Shown here in pieces: positions 30,425 to 39,546 of a stretch of DNA of 64,000 nucleotides. The stretch lies in the NCBI GenBank assembly GCA_043805415.1, contig JAZDHZ010000002.1, positions 15,773 to 79,772 of the forward strand. Direction: 5' to 3'. The translations under genes and the position numbers were made by a program. The DNA comes from Candidatus Omnitrophota bacterium. GTDB lineage: Bacteria > Omnitrophota > Gorgyraeia > B26-G9. Within the stretch, counting starts at the first letter, position 1. Each line of letters begins with the position of its first letter. The notes under the pieces are model-generated. The model did no database searches. It worked only from the letters and a program-made list of their open reading frames with translations, and was not told the DNA's origin.

Positions 30425-31027
30425 ATGGCGCTCAAAGAATTTTTTGTGCGTAGAATTTTTTTAATTCAAAAAGACTTTCAATTAAAGTATGTAGGATTTT
30501 TAATCCTAACCATACTGGCGATTAGTGCTTTGGTTGTAATGACTGTGAATTTATCAGTCTGGGCTGCTTTGGAAAAAGGAGTAAGCGCGCAAGTTCAAGC
30601 AAGTATAGACCAGATTCTGCACAATATGAATGTGCTGTTTATGTTTGAAATTCCTATTGTTCTGATCATTTCTATATTTACTACGATTATTTTTTCCCAC
30701 AAAGTAGCTGGTCCAGTTTATCGTTTGCAGCAAGCAGCGATGCAAGTAGTCCGTGGGGATTTAACCAGTAATGTTCACTTGCGCCGGGATGATGAGTTGA
30801 AAAATCTTTCTTCCGCTTTTAATTCCGTTGTGGATAATATGCATTTATTGGTTGCCAAAGACCGCAAGTTGATTACCGCTTTATCGGCGATAACCGATAC
30901 CTTGTATACTAATCTAAAGGATAATAAGATTAGCCAGGAGGAAGCGCTGGTATTGATCAGAAAATTAAATGATCTTGTCGGAGAACTTAAAACCCTGATT
31001 ATGCAGTATAAGATAGAAAAGAGTTAA
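30425..31027 (+). CDS. 2TM-HAMP domain protein with no output domain
   Basis: SD AAGGAGG; two TMs; HAMP SHKVAGPVYRL...GDL...RRDDELKNLSSAFN; short C-terminal helices. Confidence 0.85.
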   Translation: MALKEFFVRRIFLIQKDFQLKYVGFLILTILAISALVVMTVNLSVWAALEKGVSAQVQASIDQILHNMNVLFMFEIPIVLIISIFTTIIFSHKVAGPVYRLQQAAMQVVRGDLTSNVHLRRDDELKNLSSAFNSVVDNMHLLVAKDRKLITALSAITDTLYTNLKDNKISQEEALVLIRKLNDLVGELKTLIMQYKIEKS

Positions 31028-31031
31028 GAGC

Positions 31032-32078
31032 ATGGAAATTCTTGAGCTCATTCGCCTGTCAATCGAGAAAAACGCGTCAGATTTGCATCTTACTGTGGGG
31101 CTTCCTCCGATGATGAGAATCCATGGGAGATTGCTCGCTACCGAGACGGAAAGATTAACCAGTACTGATGTTGAGCAGTTGATTAATAAAATGCTTACTG
31201 ATGATCATAAGCTAAAACTTGAACAAGCAAGAAGCATTGATTTCACGTACAGCTATATAGCCCGGTTTAGAGTTAATGTTTATTATGAAAAAGGCTATCT
31301 GGCCGCGGCCCTGCGCTTTATTCCCTTTGAAATTCCCTCTTTGGAAAAACTGGGGGTACCGTTTATTGTTAGTGAATTAGCGAGAAAACAAAGAGGCTTG
31401 ATTTTAGTAACTGGGCCTACTGGTTCAGGAAAATCAACTACGCTCGCGGCAATGATTGATCTGGTGAATACAGAACAATCATGTCATATTATCACCATTG
31501 AAGATCCTATCGAGTATTTGCATCCGCATAAAAAAAGTATTGTTAACCAAAGAGAAGTGTATTCAGATACTCCATCATGTTCGCTGGCATTGCGTGACGC
31601 ATTGCGGGAAGACCCTGACGTAATTCTTGTTGGCGAAATGCGGGATCTGGAAACAATCTCAACAGCGATAACCGCCGCGGAAACCGGACATCTTGTATTT
31701 GCCACATTACATACCATTGATGCGGTGCAGACGATAGACCGAATAATTGATGTTTTTCCTGAAGGACAACAGTCACAGATCCGGTTACAGACTTCCTTGG
31801 CTTTGCAGGGAGTTATTTCGCAGCGTTTAATTCCAACCGCGGATGGAAAAGGCCGGGTCGCGGCTTTTGAGGCAATGAGTGTTACCCCGGCGGTCGCGAA
31901 TCTTATTCGTGAAAGAAAAACGCATCAGATATATTCTATGATCGAAACAGGATCAAAAGAGGGAATGTTAAGTATGAACCAGTCTTTAGCTGATTTATGT
32001 AAAGCTAGGTTAATCAGAATCGGAGACGCGATTACTTATTCTAATAAACCTGAACTTTTAAAAAGGATGCTACTCTAA
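31032..32078 (+). CDS. pilT: Type IV pilus retraction ATPase, PilT family
   Basis: ASDLHL, GPTGSGKSTT, TIEDPIE, LREDPD, GHLVFATLHT, AVANLIRE. Confidence 0.93.
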   Translation: MEILELIRLSIEKNASDLHLTVGLPPMMRIHGRLLATETERLTSTDVEQLINKMLTDDHKLKLEQARSIDFTYSYIARFRVNVYYEKGYLAAALRFIPFEIPSLEKLGVPFIVSELARKQRGLILVTGPTGSGKSTTLAAMIDLVNTEQSCHIITIEDPIEYLHPHKKSIVNQREVYSDTPSCSLALRDALREDPDVILVGEMRDLETISTAITAAETGHLVFATLHTIDAVQTIDRIIDVFPEGQQSQIRLQTSLALQGVISQRLIPTADGKGRVAAFEAMSVTPAVANLIRERKTHQIYSMIETGSKEGMLSMNQSLADLCKARLIRIGDAITYSNKPELLKRMLL

Positions 32079-32080
32079 TT

Positions 32081-33166
32081 ATGGAATTAAAAGAACTTTT
32101 ACAAATAACAACTCAGCGTAATGCTTCTGATTTACATATTGTTTGCGGCGTTGCTCCGGTATTACGGATTAACGGAGACCTTGATATTCTGGAAGCGGCA
32201 GGGAAAGTTATGCCTCAGGCAGCAAAGGATTATGCTTACCAAATGCTTAATGAGGATCAGATCAAAGAGTTTGAAAAAGAGAATGATCTTGATTTTTCTT
32301 TTGGCATTGCCGGGGTTGGGCGGTTTCGGGTTAATTTACACAAGCAGCGCGGGAGTATTGGGATTGCTTTTCGCCGTTTAGCTTCGGAAATTAAAAATGC
32401 CCAGCAGCTGGGTTTACCGGAAATTGTTAATGATTTTGCCATGCTGGAAAAAGGATTGGTTTTAGTTACCGGAGCAGCTGGCTCAGGCAAGTCAACAACA
32501 ATTGCGGCAATGATTGATTTGATTAATACCAAAAGAAAGGCGCATATCATAACCATCGAGGATCCGATTGAATATTTATACGCGCATAAAACAAGTATAA
32601 TTGAGCAAAGAGAAGTATCTTCAGACACCAAATCATTCAGCAGTGCTTTAAAATATGTATTAAGACAAGATCCGAATGTTATTTTAGTCGGAGAACTCAG
32701 GGATTTGGAAACAATTGCTCACGCGATAACCGCTGCCGAGACAGGCCATTTAGTATTAGCGACATTGCATACGACTGATGCGGTTCAAACCGTAGATCGT
32801 TTGATTGATGTTTTTCCTCCTTATCAGCAGCAGCAAGTCCGGATTCAGGTTTCGCTGGCTTTGCAGGGAGTTATTTGTCAGCAATTGATTATTAGTAAAG
32901 ACAAGCAAACACGGATTCCGATTATTGAAACAATGGTTGTTACTCCGGCAATAAGAAATCTGATTCGCGAGTCCAAAACTTTTCAGATTTATTCCTCCTT
33001 AGAAACCGGCTTAAAATTAGGCATGCAGAGTCTGGATATGGCTCTTGCCGAAGTGGTGCACAAAGGTTTAGTCCAGGAAGAAGACGCTTTTATCAAAGCC
33101 CGTGATCTTGAAGGCTTGAAACGGCGCTTAGCAAAATTAAAGGAGGCTTCTAGCCATGGCAGCTGA
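32081..33166 (+). CDS. pilT: Second type IV pilus retraction ATPase, PilT family
   Basis: ASDLHI, GAAGSGKSTT, TIEDPIE, GHLVLATLHT, canonical AIRNLIRE. Confidence 0.93.
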   Translation: MELKELLQITTQRNASDLHIVCGVAPVLRINGDLDILEAAGKVMPQAAKDYAYQMLNEDQIKEFEKENDLDFSFGIAGVGRFRVNLHKQRGSIGIAFRRLASEIKNAQQLGLPEIVNDFAMLEKGLVLVTGAAGSGKSTTIAAMIDLINTKRKAHIITIEDPIEYLYAHKTSIIEQREVSSDTKSFSSALKYVLRQDPNVILVGELRDLETIAHAITAAETGHLVLATLHTTDAVQTVDRLIDVFPPYQQQQVRIQVSLALQGVICQQLIISKDKQTRIPIIETMVVTPAIRNLIRESKTFQIYSSLETGLKLGMQSLDMALAEVVHKGLVQEEDAFIKARDLEGLKRRLAKLKEASSHGS

Positions 33167-34853
33167 TAAGGTAAGGAAAAAGCTGCTGGGTGAGTATCTG
33201 GTTGATCAAGGCTTAGTCTCTGAGGATCAAATCATCAGAGCTTTGGATGAACAGAAAAAAGCCGGCTCGCGTTTAGGTCAAACTTTAATTGATCTTGGTT
33301 TTCTTAGCGAAGAAGAGATGATCATTGCTTTAGCCAAACAGCTTGATCTTGCCCATATTGATATTTTAAATTATACTTTAAAATCAGATGTGGTTAATCT
33401 GATTCCTGAAAAAATAGCCCGGCGTTATGAATTGATTGCCTTGGATAAAATGGGGGATAGCCTTACTATTGCCATGGCTGATCCGCTTAATGTTTTTGCC
33501 ATTGATGAGGTTTCGCAATTAACCCGATCGCGGATTGATCCAGTGATTTGTTCCAGAACTAAATTGCTTAAAATATTTGATAAAGCTTATAATCAAAGTA
33601 TATCTGATACTCCTGAAAGTATTGTCTCAACTGATAAATATACTCGGCATCAAGCTGAAGATAAAGAAGGCGCTTCTTTAGGCGGGGCTGAGATTATTGA
33701 TCTGGTTAATGAAATTCTCCAAATGTCGGTTAGCGCTCGGGCAACTGATATCCATATTGAGCCGGATGAAGAGGAAATTCGGATCCGCTGCCGGATTGAC
33801 GGCTTACTTACTGAGATGAAAAATTATCCCAAAGAAGTGCAGCTACCGATAATTTCCCGGATAAAAGTTTTATCCGGGCTTGATATTTCCGAAAAAAGAA
33901 TTCCTCAGGATGGAAGATTTAAGTTTTTGTTTGAAGAAAGAGAAATCGATTTGCGGGTATCTACTTTGCCCACAGTTTTAGGGGAAAAAATAGTTTTGCG
34001 TGTTTTAGATAAGTCCATGGTTGTTATGGACATGAATAAATTGGGGTTTTTACCGGAAAATCTGGAGCAATTACAGGATTTGATCCATCGGCCTTATGGA
34101 ATGTTATTGGTAACTGGCCCGACATCCAGCGGAAAAACAACAACTTTATATTCCGCTTTAAACACCATCAACACAATTGAGAAAAATATACTTACTGTCG
34201 AGGACCCGGTTGAATATAGACTTAAAATGATCAATCAAGTGCAGATCAATCCTCGGGCAGGATTAACTTTTGCTGCTGGTTTGCGTAGTTTTTTACGGCA
34301 AGATCCGAATGTAATTATGATTGGAGAAATCAGAGATCTGGAAACAGCGGAAATTGCCGTGCAGTCAGCTCTGACCGGGCATCTTGTTCTAAGCACGATT
34401 CACACCAATAATGCGCCTTCAACAATTAACCGTCTAATCGACATGAAAATTGATGCTTTTCTCGTTGCTTCGGCTGTAACCGGGGTACTTGCCCAAAGGC
34501 TTATCAGAACGATTTGTCCGGGATGTAAACAGCCGTTTACCCCGGATGCGGGGGTTGTCCAGGGCTTGAATTTACCGGTTAGTGAAAAAGGTTATACTTT
34601 TTATAAGGGGATCGGCTGTGATGCCTGTGGGGGAACAGGCTACAAAGGCAGAATCGGCATATATGAGATGATGATTATCAATAATTCTATACGCGAATTG
34701 ATTTTAAGACACGCGTCTACTGATGAGCTAACCCAAACAGCTAAAAAAAACGGGATGAAAACTTTAAGGGAAGATGGTTTTCAAAAAGTATTAAACGGAG
34801 TTACAACAGTTGAAGAAGTTCTCCGGGCAACTGCTGAAGAAGCCAAAGGATAG
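33156..34853 (+). CDS. pilB: Type IV pilus assembly ATPase PilB (GspE/PulE family) with MshEN domain
   Basis: N-terminal LG/RLG repeats, ATDIHIEP, GPTSSGKTTT, EDPVEY, LRQDP, tetracysteine CPGC...CDAC. Confidence 0.93.
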   Translation: MAADKVRKKLLGEYLVDQGLVSEDQIIRALDEQKKAGSRLGQTLIDLGFLSEEEMIIALAKQLDLAHIDILNYTLKSDVVNLIPEKIARRYELIALDKMGDSLTIAMADPLNVFAIDEVSQLTRSRIDPVICSRTKLLKIFDKAYNQSISDTPESIVSTDKYTRHQAEDKEGASLGGAEIIDLVNEILQMSVSARATDIHIEPDEEEIRIRCRIDGLLTEMKNYPKEVQLPIISRIKVLSGLDISEKRIPQDGRFKFLFEEREIDLRVSTLPTVLGEKIVLRVLDKSMVVMDMNKLGFLPENLEQLQDLIHRPYGMLLVTGPTSSGKTTTLYSALNTINTIEKNILTVEDPVEYRLKMINQVQINPRAGLTFAAGLRSFLRQDPNVIMIGEIRDLETAEIAVQSALTGHLVLSTIHTNNAPSTINRLIDMKIDAFLVASAVTGVLAQRLIRTICPGCKQPFTPDAGVVQGLNLPVSEKGYTFYKGIGCDACGGTGYKGRIGIYEMMIINNSIRELILRHASTDELTQTAKKNGMKTLREDGFQKVLNGVTTVEEVLRATAEEAKG

Positions 34854-34862
34854 GATACGGAT

Positions 34863-36311
34863 ATGCTAAGAACCAGCTCACTTAAAAAAAGAGTGAGAAC
34901 CAACCTGATGATTGCCATTCCGCTTTTGATTGTAATTCTTGTTTTTGGCGCGCAAATTTTCTCCTATTATATTGTCCAGGGCAATGTGAAAAACCTAGTT
35001 GATGATTCTCACGATGCGGAGGTTTTTAATAAAGTTATTTTTATTCTGGGAAAACAAATTTGGGTAGCTTCTATAGTTGCCGGTATATTCGGGATAATCC
35101 TTGCTTACGCGATTACCATACCGATAAAACGGCTGACATCAAGCGCTCTGCAGGTTGCCACAGGTGATTTATCGAGAACTGTGCACATTAATACTGAAGA
35201 TGAAATCGGCGCTTTAGGTAAGTCGTTTAATGCCATGGTGTCATCTTTAAATGAACATATAATTGACAGCATGACTGGAGGGGTTATTACGATCAATATG
35301 AAAGCAATGATCGCAACCTTCAATCGTTCGGCTGAGCTAATATTGGGTTATGATTCTGAGGAAATTGTCGGTAAATCCGTGTTTGAGGTTTTTCCTTTGG
35401 ATAGTAAAAATTCTGATTTAAGTACGATTATAAAAGATACGCTTGAGCAAAAACAGACAAGTTCCTCCCGGGAAATTAATATTTATTCTCTGGCTGGCAA
35501 AAAGATTCCGATTGGGATAACAACCTCGCTGTTAAGGGATAAGAAAAATACTTTTTTGGGCATAGTAGTTACGTTTAAAGATTTAGAACACATAAAACAT
35601 CTGGAAGAACAGATGCGCAGGGCTGATCGTTTGGCGGCTGTGGGCAGTCTTGCTGCCGGCATAGCGCATGAGATCAGAAATCCTTTGGGTTCGATTAAAG
35701 GGCTGGTGCAGCTGCTGGCAGAGGATTTAAAAGAAGATGATAATAAAATCGCGTACACTAAAGTAATTGTCAAAGAAGTTGATCGCTTAAATAAAGTTGT
35801 GGAAGAGCTTTTAAGCTTTGCCCGTCCTGATGATTCTGAGCTTGAAGTAAATTTTTCCGAACTTAATCTAAATGAAGTTATTGATCAAACATTGCTTTTA
35901 GCCGCGCATGACAGCAAAAAAGAAAAAATTGAAATTATTAAGGAATACGCGGATAATCTGCCTTTGATTTTAGCGGATGCGAAAAAACTGCAGCAGGCAT
36001 TTCTAAATTTAATAATGAATGCTTTTTCCGCCATGGAAAATGTGGGCAACCTGACGATTAAAACTGAATATAAACCGGAATCAAAAGTGGCAAAAGTAAC
36101 ATTTGCTGACACCGGAATAGGGATAGAGTCTAATAATTTAGCAAAAATATTCGATCCGTTTTTTACAGCCAAGCAGGGGGGGACGGGTTTGGGTTTAACA
36201 ATTACCCATCAGATCATAGCAACGCATAAAGGCAGGATTGATGTGGAAAGTAAAATAGATAAAGGTACAAAATTTATCATTAGTTTTCCCGTTAAACAGT
36301 TAAAAGGATAA
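34863..36311 (+). CDS. Sensor histidine kinase (2TM-HAMP-PAS-HisKA-HATPase), PilS-like
   Basis: AHEIRNPL H-box, NLIMNA, DTGIG, FDPFFT, GTGLGL; adjacent to the NtrC-type regulator in the pil operon. Confidence 0.92.
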   Translation: MLRTSSLKKRVRTNLMIAIPLLIVILVFGAQIFSYYIVQGNVKNLVDDSHDAEVFNKVIFILGKQIWVASIVAGIFGIILAYAITIPIKRLTSSALQVATGDLSRTVHINTEDEIGALGKSFNAMVSSLNEHIIDSMTGGVITINMKAMIATFNRSAELILGYDSEEIVGKSVFEVFPLDSKNSDLSTIIKDTLEQKQTSSSREINIYSLAGKKIPIGITTSLLRDKKNTFLGIVVTFKDLEHIKHLEEQMRRADRLAAVGSLAAGIAHEIRNPLGSIKGLVQLLAEDLKEDDNKIAYTKVIVKEVDRLNKVVEELLSFARPDDSELEVNFSELNLNEVIDQTLLLAAHDSKKEKIEIIKEYADNLPLILADAKKLQQAFLNLIMNAFSAMENVGNLTIKTEYKPESKVAKVTFADTGIGIESNNLAKIFDPFFTAKQGGTGLGLTITHQIIATHKGRIDVESKIDKGTKFIISFPVKQLKG

Positions 36312-36313
36312 AC

Positions 36314-37705
36314 ATGGCTGCAAAAATCTTAGTTGTTGATGATGATCAAAGTTTTCGCTTTTTGCTTGAGGAAGCGCTGAAGAAAGAAGGCTATAATGTT
36401 GTTTCAGCCGCCTCAGGAGAAGAAGCGCTTGAGCTTTTTCAGCCGGATAAATATGATCTGATTACTTTGGATGTTAAAATGCCGGGAATTGACGGGTTTG
36501 AAGTTTTGTCGAGGATAAAAAAAATAAGTCCGCTTCAGCAAATTGTAATTATAACTGCTTATGGCGCGCAGAAAATCGCGATCGAGGCTGTGAAAAAAGG
36601 CGCGTATGATTATTTTACCAAACCGTTTGATCTTGATGAATTGCGTTTGATCATCAGCCGATCTCTGGAGTGTTCCAGACTCAATCGCGAGAACAGGCAG
36701 TTAAAAGACGAATTGCATAAGCGTTATGACTTTGATGAGATAATCGGCAATAGCGGCAAAATGCTGGAAGTTTTTGAGATAATGAAAAAGATCTCCGGTA
36801 CTGAAGTGACGGTTTTAATCCAAGGGGAAAGCGGGACAGGCAAAGAACTTGCCGCTCGAGCAATCCATTTTAATAGTTTACGCAAAAATAATCCTTTTAT
36901 TAAAACAAACTGCGCGGCAATTCCTGACGGTCTTTTAGAAAGTGAATTATTCGGACATGAAAAAGGGGCATTTACAGATGCTTCGGCAAAGAAGATCGGC
37001 AGATTTGAAGCGGCAAACACCGGGACAATTTTTCTTGATGAAATCGGCGATATGAGTCTGGCCACACAAGCAAAAGTATTAAGAGCTTTGCAGGAAAAAG
37101 AATTTGAAAGAGTTGGCTCAACGCAATCAATTAGAGTTGATGTGCGGATTATCGCGGCGACAAATAAGGATTTATTTCGGGCGGTAAAAGAAGGAGAATT
37201 CAGAGAAGATCTGTATTATCGGATCAATGTGGTTAATCTGCAATTGCCGACCCTGCGCCAGAGACGTGAGGACATCCCTTTATTATTTGAGCACTTTATG
37301 CATAAATTTAATCAGGAATTCAATAAAGCAATCAAACATATTTCTTTGGAAGCTTTGGAGCTTTTGATGAAGTATTCATGGCCGGGGAATATTCGGGAAT
37401 TGGAAAATGTTTTACAGCGGGCGATTGTTTTGGCGGAAAAGGATATAATTACAAAACAAGATTTGCCGTTTTATATCCAATGTCTTGATAATGAAATAAA
37501 AATCGAAACAGAATCAGTTGATTTTTCTAAGTCCTTAATTGAAACAGTTAAAGATATTGTTGATGATGTGGAAAAACAAATAATCATTAAGGCCTTAAAA
37601 AAAACTAATTGGAATAGAACTGAGGCTTCTCGGCTTTTAAAAATAAGCCGAAAGAGCTTATTTAATAAAATGAAAAGATGTAATTTATTAGCAGAAGAGG
37701 AATAA
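36314..37705 (+). CDS. Sigma54-dependent response regulator (NtrC family), PilR-like
   Basis: Receiver (VVDDD, LDVKMP), GESGTGKE, ESELFGHEKGAFTDA, WPGNIREL, Fis-type HTH. Confidence 0.95.
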   Translation: MAAKILVVDDDQSFRFLLEEALKKEGYNVVSAASGEEALELFQPDKYDLITLDVKMPGIDGFEVLSRIKKISPLQQIVIITAYGAQKIAIEAVKKGAYDYFTKPFDLDELRLIISRSLECSRLNRENRQLKDELHKRYDFDEIIGNSGKMLEVFEIMKKISGTEVTVLIQGESGTGKELAARAIHFNSLRKNNPFIKTNCAAIPDGLLESELFGHEKGAFTDASAKKIGRFEAANTGTIFLDEIGDMSLATQAKVLRALQEKEFERVGSTQSIRVDVRIIAATNKDLFRAVKEGEFREDLYYRINVVNLQLPTLRQRREDIPLLFEHFMHKFNQEFNKAIKHISLEALELLMKYSWPGNIRELENVLQRAIVLAEKDIITKQDLPFYIQCLDNEIKIETESVDFSKSLIETVKDIVDDVEKQIIIKALKKTNWNRTEASRLLKISRKSLFNKMKRCNLLAEEE

Positions 37706-37708
37706 ACC

Positions 37709-38926
37709 ATGCCTGTATTTAATTATAAAGCGCGGGATACGGCCGGAAAACTGCTCAGCGGCAAATTGGACGCTCCTAATCGGAGTATTGTTGCTGATAA
37801 GCTGAGGCAGACGGGGTACTTTGTTGTATCAATAAATGAAGAACGTAACCAGCAAAACGCTTTAGAAGTGGATATTTTTGAAAAGTTTGCTCGAGTTGGG
37901 GCCCGGGATCTGGTTATTTTTAATAATCAGCTGGCGACAATGATCGGCTCAGGATTAACTTTAGTTACAAGTTTAAATGTTCTTTCGCAGCAAGTTGAAA
38001 ATAAAAAACTTCAGGAAGTAATTATTAAAGTTCGCGATGATGTTGAGTCAGGGATATCTTTTTCTTCGGCTTTAGAAAAGCATCCAAAAGTTTTTTCCAC
38101 ACTATTTGTCAATATGATAAATGCCGGGGAAACCGGAGGAGCATTAGAGGAAATCCTGCGCCGTTTAGCTCTCTTTGCCGAGCAGAGCGAAGAAATTAGT
38201 ATGAATGTTAAAACCGCGCTTACTTATCCGGTTTTAATTGTTCTGGTTACAACCGGAGTAGTTTTATTTCTGGTAATGGGGGTTTTTCCTAAGTTTGAAA
38301 TATTATTTAAATCAATGGACGTTGCTTTGCCTTTACCTACACAGATTCTATTAACGATTAGCCATTGGTTGCGGGAAAAATGGTATTTTATTGTCGCAAC
38401 ACTTTTTGGTCTGATTGTATTTTTTTTAAGATACAGAAAAACTCCGGCCGGCAAGTACAATATTGAGCTTTTTATCCTGAGAATTCCAGTGTTTGGCACG
38501 ATTATTAAAAAAGCCGGTATTTCGCGTTTTGCCCGCACTCTGGGAACGCTGATTAATAGCGGGGTGCCTATTTTGCAGTCTTTAAGAATTGTGGAAACAA
38601 CTGTGGGCAATGCGGCGATTGCTAAAATAGTTAGTATTGTAGCAGATAATGTAAATCGCGGGGAAAGCATGGCCAGTCCTTTGCGGGATAATAAAATCTT
38701 TCCTCCAATGGTAGGGCATATGGTCTCTATTGGGGAAGAGTCCGGTACTTTAGATACAATTTTAAATAAAATTGCTGATTTTTATGATAGTGAAGTGGAT
38801 AGCACAGTAAAAAGGTTAAGCTCGATTATTGAGCCTGTTTTGCTGATTTTTATTGGAGGAATAGTTGGGATGATCGCGCTTTCTTTGTTTTTACCGATGT
38901 TTGATCTGGTTAAGGTTATTAAATAA
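37709..38926 (+). CDS. pilC: Type IV pilus platform protein PilC (GspF family)
   Basis: MPVFNYKARD, AGETGG, ALTYP, GEESGTL, EP...LFLPMF. Confidence 0.95.
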   Translation: MPVFNYKARDTAGKLLSGKLDAPNRSIVADKLRQTGYFVVSINEERNQQNALEVDIFEKFARVGARDLVIFNNQLATMIGSGLTLVTSLNVLSQQVENKKLQEVIIKVRDDVESGISFSSALEKHPKVFSTLFVNMINAGETGGALEEILRRLALFAEQSEEISMNVKTALTYPVLIVLVTTGVVLFLVMGVFPKFEILFKSMDVALPLPTQILLTISHWLREKWYFIVATLFGLIVFFLRYRKTPAGKYNIELFILRIPVFGTIIKKAGISRFARTLGTLINSGVPILQSLRIVETTVGNAAIAKIVSIVADNVNRGESMASPLRDNKIFPPMVGHMVSIGEESGTLDTILNKIADFYDSEVDSTVKRLSSIIEPVLLIFIGGIVGMIALSLFLPMFDLVKVIK

Positions 38927-38942
38927 GAAAAAAGCCGGTTTT

Positions 38943-38990
38943 TGAGTAAAGCTTTACTCAAAAGGCTTAAATTGAGCATGATTATACTCA
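38943..38990. promoter_or_regulatory. Two TGAG-N10-CTCA palindromic boxes, candidate bEBP (PilR) upstream activator sequences
   Basis: TGAGtaaagctttaCTCA at 38943-38960 and TGAGcatgattataCTCA at 38973-38990, 30 bp apart, upstream of a sigma54 promoter. Confidence 0.7.
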
Positions 38991-39050
38991 TAAGAGTTTA
39001 GTTTTGCTATCTAGTTTTTAGTTTTATTGACGAGAAAAAAGTACAAAAAT

Positions 39051-39066
39051 TGGCATGTTATTTGCT
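39051..39066 (+). promoter_or_regulatory. Sigma54 (-24/-12) promoter of the pilin genes
   Basis: TGGCATGTTATTTGCT with GG-N10-GC spacing, close to the TGGCAC-N5-TTGCW consensus. Confidence 0.88.
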
Positions 39067-39135
39067 TAACAATAAGTTAAGAGAACATATTTCTTGACAA
39101 AATCAAGCAGATATTATATAAAAAGGAGGGAACAG

Positions 39136-39516
39136 GTGAAAACAAAAGGCTTTACGCTTATTGAACTGCTGATTGTTATCGCCATTTTGGGTATTTTAGT
39201 TTCCCTTATCCTGCCTCGCTTTGCTGATGTTCGCGAAGACGCGAATACAAAGGTTTGTGTTGCGAATATGCGAGGATTGGTTTCAGCAATGTCGATCTAT
39301 GAAACTCGGCAGAATAATGATGCCAATTGGGGAACTGCACCGTATACTGTAGCTAATTTAGTTATTTGGGGTTATATTGCTGCTGAACCGCGATGTCCCT
39401 ATGAAAATGGTAAAAGTTCTCCAAAGAGTTATACTTTAGTACCCAGTGGGGGTGGATTACCTGACCGGGCTAGTTGTCCAAATATCGGTAGCTATGCAGA
39501 CCATGTATGGCCATAA
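39136..39516 (+). CDS. Type IV pilin 1
   Basis: SD AGGAGG with GTG start; class III leader KG|FTLIELLIVIAILG with E5. Confidence 0.93.
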   Translation: MKTKGFTLIELLIVIAILGILVSLILPRFADVREDANTKVCVANMRGLVSAMSIYETRQNNDANWGTAPYTVANLVIWGYIAAEPRCPYENGKSSPKSYTLVPSGGGLPDRASCPNIGSYADHVWP

Positions 39517-39546
39517 TTATTAAACAGTTAAAAACAGAGGGGGTGA

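Noticed and set aside
39094-39122. TTGACA-17-TATAAA sigma70-like promoter, and TTG start at 39094 for pilin 1
   Set aside because: The transcript would start within or after the SD. The sigma54 promoter with SD + GTG 39136 explains the region better.
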